A DNA stretch of 63,795 nt, filler included, from Chiloscyllium plagiosum (Eukaryota): assembly GCF_004010195.1 (NCBI RefSeq). It is 3 parts of one record of this genome, joined end to end, with 100 filler letters (N's around TTAATTAATTAA, not from the genome) between each part and the next. Parts side by side here need not be neighbours in the genome. Positions count along the whole stretch, not along the records: positions 56,226 to 63,795 come from NC_057710.1; 2 more parts are not named here. The stretch is one strand, 5' to 3'. Of the stretch, positions 63,405 through 63,795 are shown one piece after another. Under the pieces are notes generated by a model, which searched no databases, was not told the DNA's origin, and saw nothing but the letters and a program-made list of their open reading frames with translations. A program made the position numbers and the translations under genes. Position 1 is the first letter of the stretch. Every line of letters starts with the position of its first letter.

Positions 63405-63795
63405 TATATTAAACTAACTCTGCAGGGGCATGGGAACCTAGACTGTAGCTTTAGGGTGCAGGACCTGGAGTGTAGGGAGGTTAGGAACATGGCATCAATC
63501 TCAAAGGAGGGTGCCTGTAAACAGGAAAGTGGCTTGAAGTGTGTATACTTCAATGCAAGAAGTATACGAAATAAGATAGGTGAACTTGCAGCGTGGGTTG
63601 GTACCTGGGACTTCGATGTTGTGGCTATTACGGAGACATGGGTAGAACAGGGACAGGATTGGCTGTTGCAGGTCCCAGGGTTTAAATGTTTTAGTAGGGT
63701 CAGAGGTGAGGGTAAAAGAGGGGGAGGTGTGGCATTGCTTGTCAAAGATAGTATTACAGCTGTGGAAAGGACGATGAATGAAGACTCGCCATCTG
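63405..63795 (+). mobile_element. CR1 ORF2 start (APE endonuclease), continues beyond the window
   Basis: LKCVYFNARSIRNKIGEL...DVVAITETW...KRGGGVALLV. Confidence 0.9.

Overview
Vertebrate genomic DNA that is almost entirely interspersed repeats. An elasmobranch (shark) origin is inferred from the HE1-like V-SINE and the abundance of CR1 LINEs. I cannot recognise any intact host gene, and every long ORF is a decayed piece of a retroelement. The window contains: (i) many CR1 LINE copies, with ORF1 zinc-finger/esterase pieces, APE endonuclease-RT ORF2 pieces and microsatellite tails, often nested; (ii) a second, apparently single-ORF LINE (here LINE-B) and a tRNA-headed SINE that shares both its 5' region and its 3' tail; (iii) HE1-like V-SINEs; (iv) Penelope-like element (PLE) remnants with GIY-YIG fragments. 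The most notable signal is at least 10 PLE-derived inserts, most carrying minimal hammerhead-ribozyme (HHR) motifs. Six are asymmetric fold-back palindromes, and nine have visible 9-17 bp target-site duplications (TSDs). Also present are a ~221-bp tandem array with hairpin-paired splice-donor motifs on both strands, a decayed Harbinger-type Myb/SANT ORF, local templated duplications, and two 100-bp gaps containing an artificial TTAATTAATTAA linker. Boundaries of old fragments are approximate. Family names come from motif recognition, not database searches.
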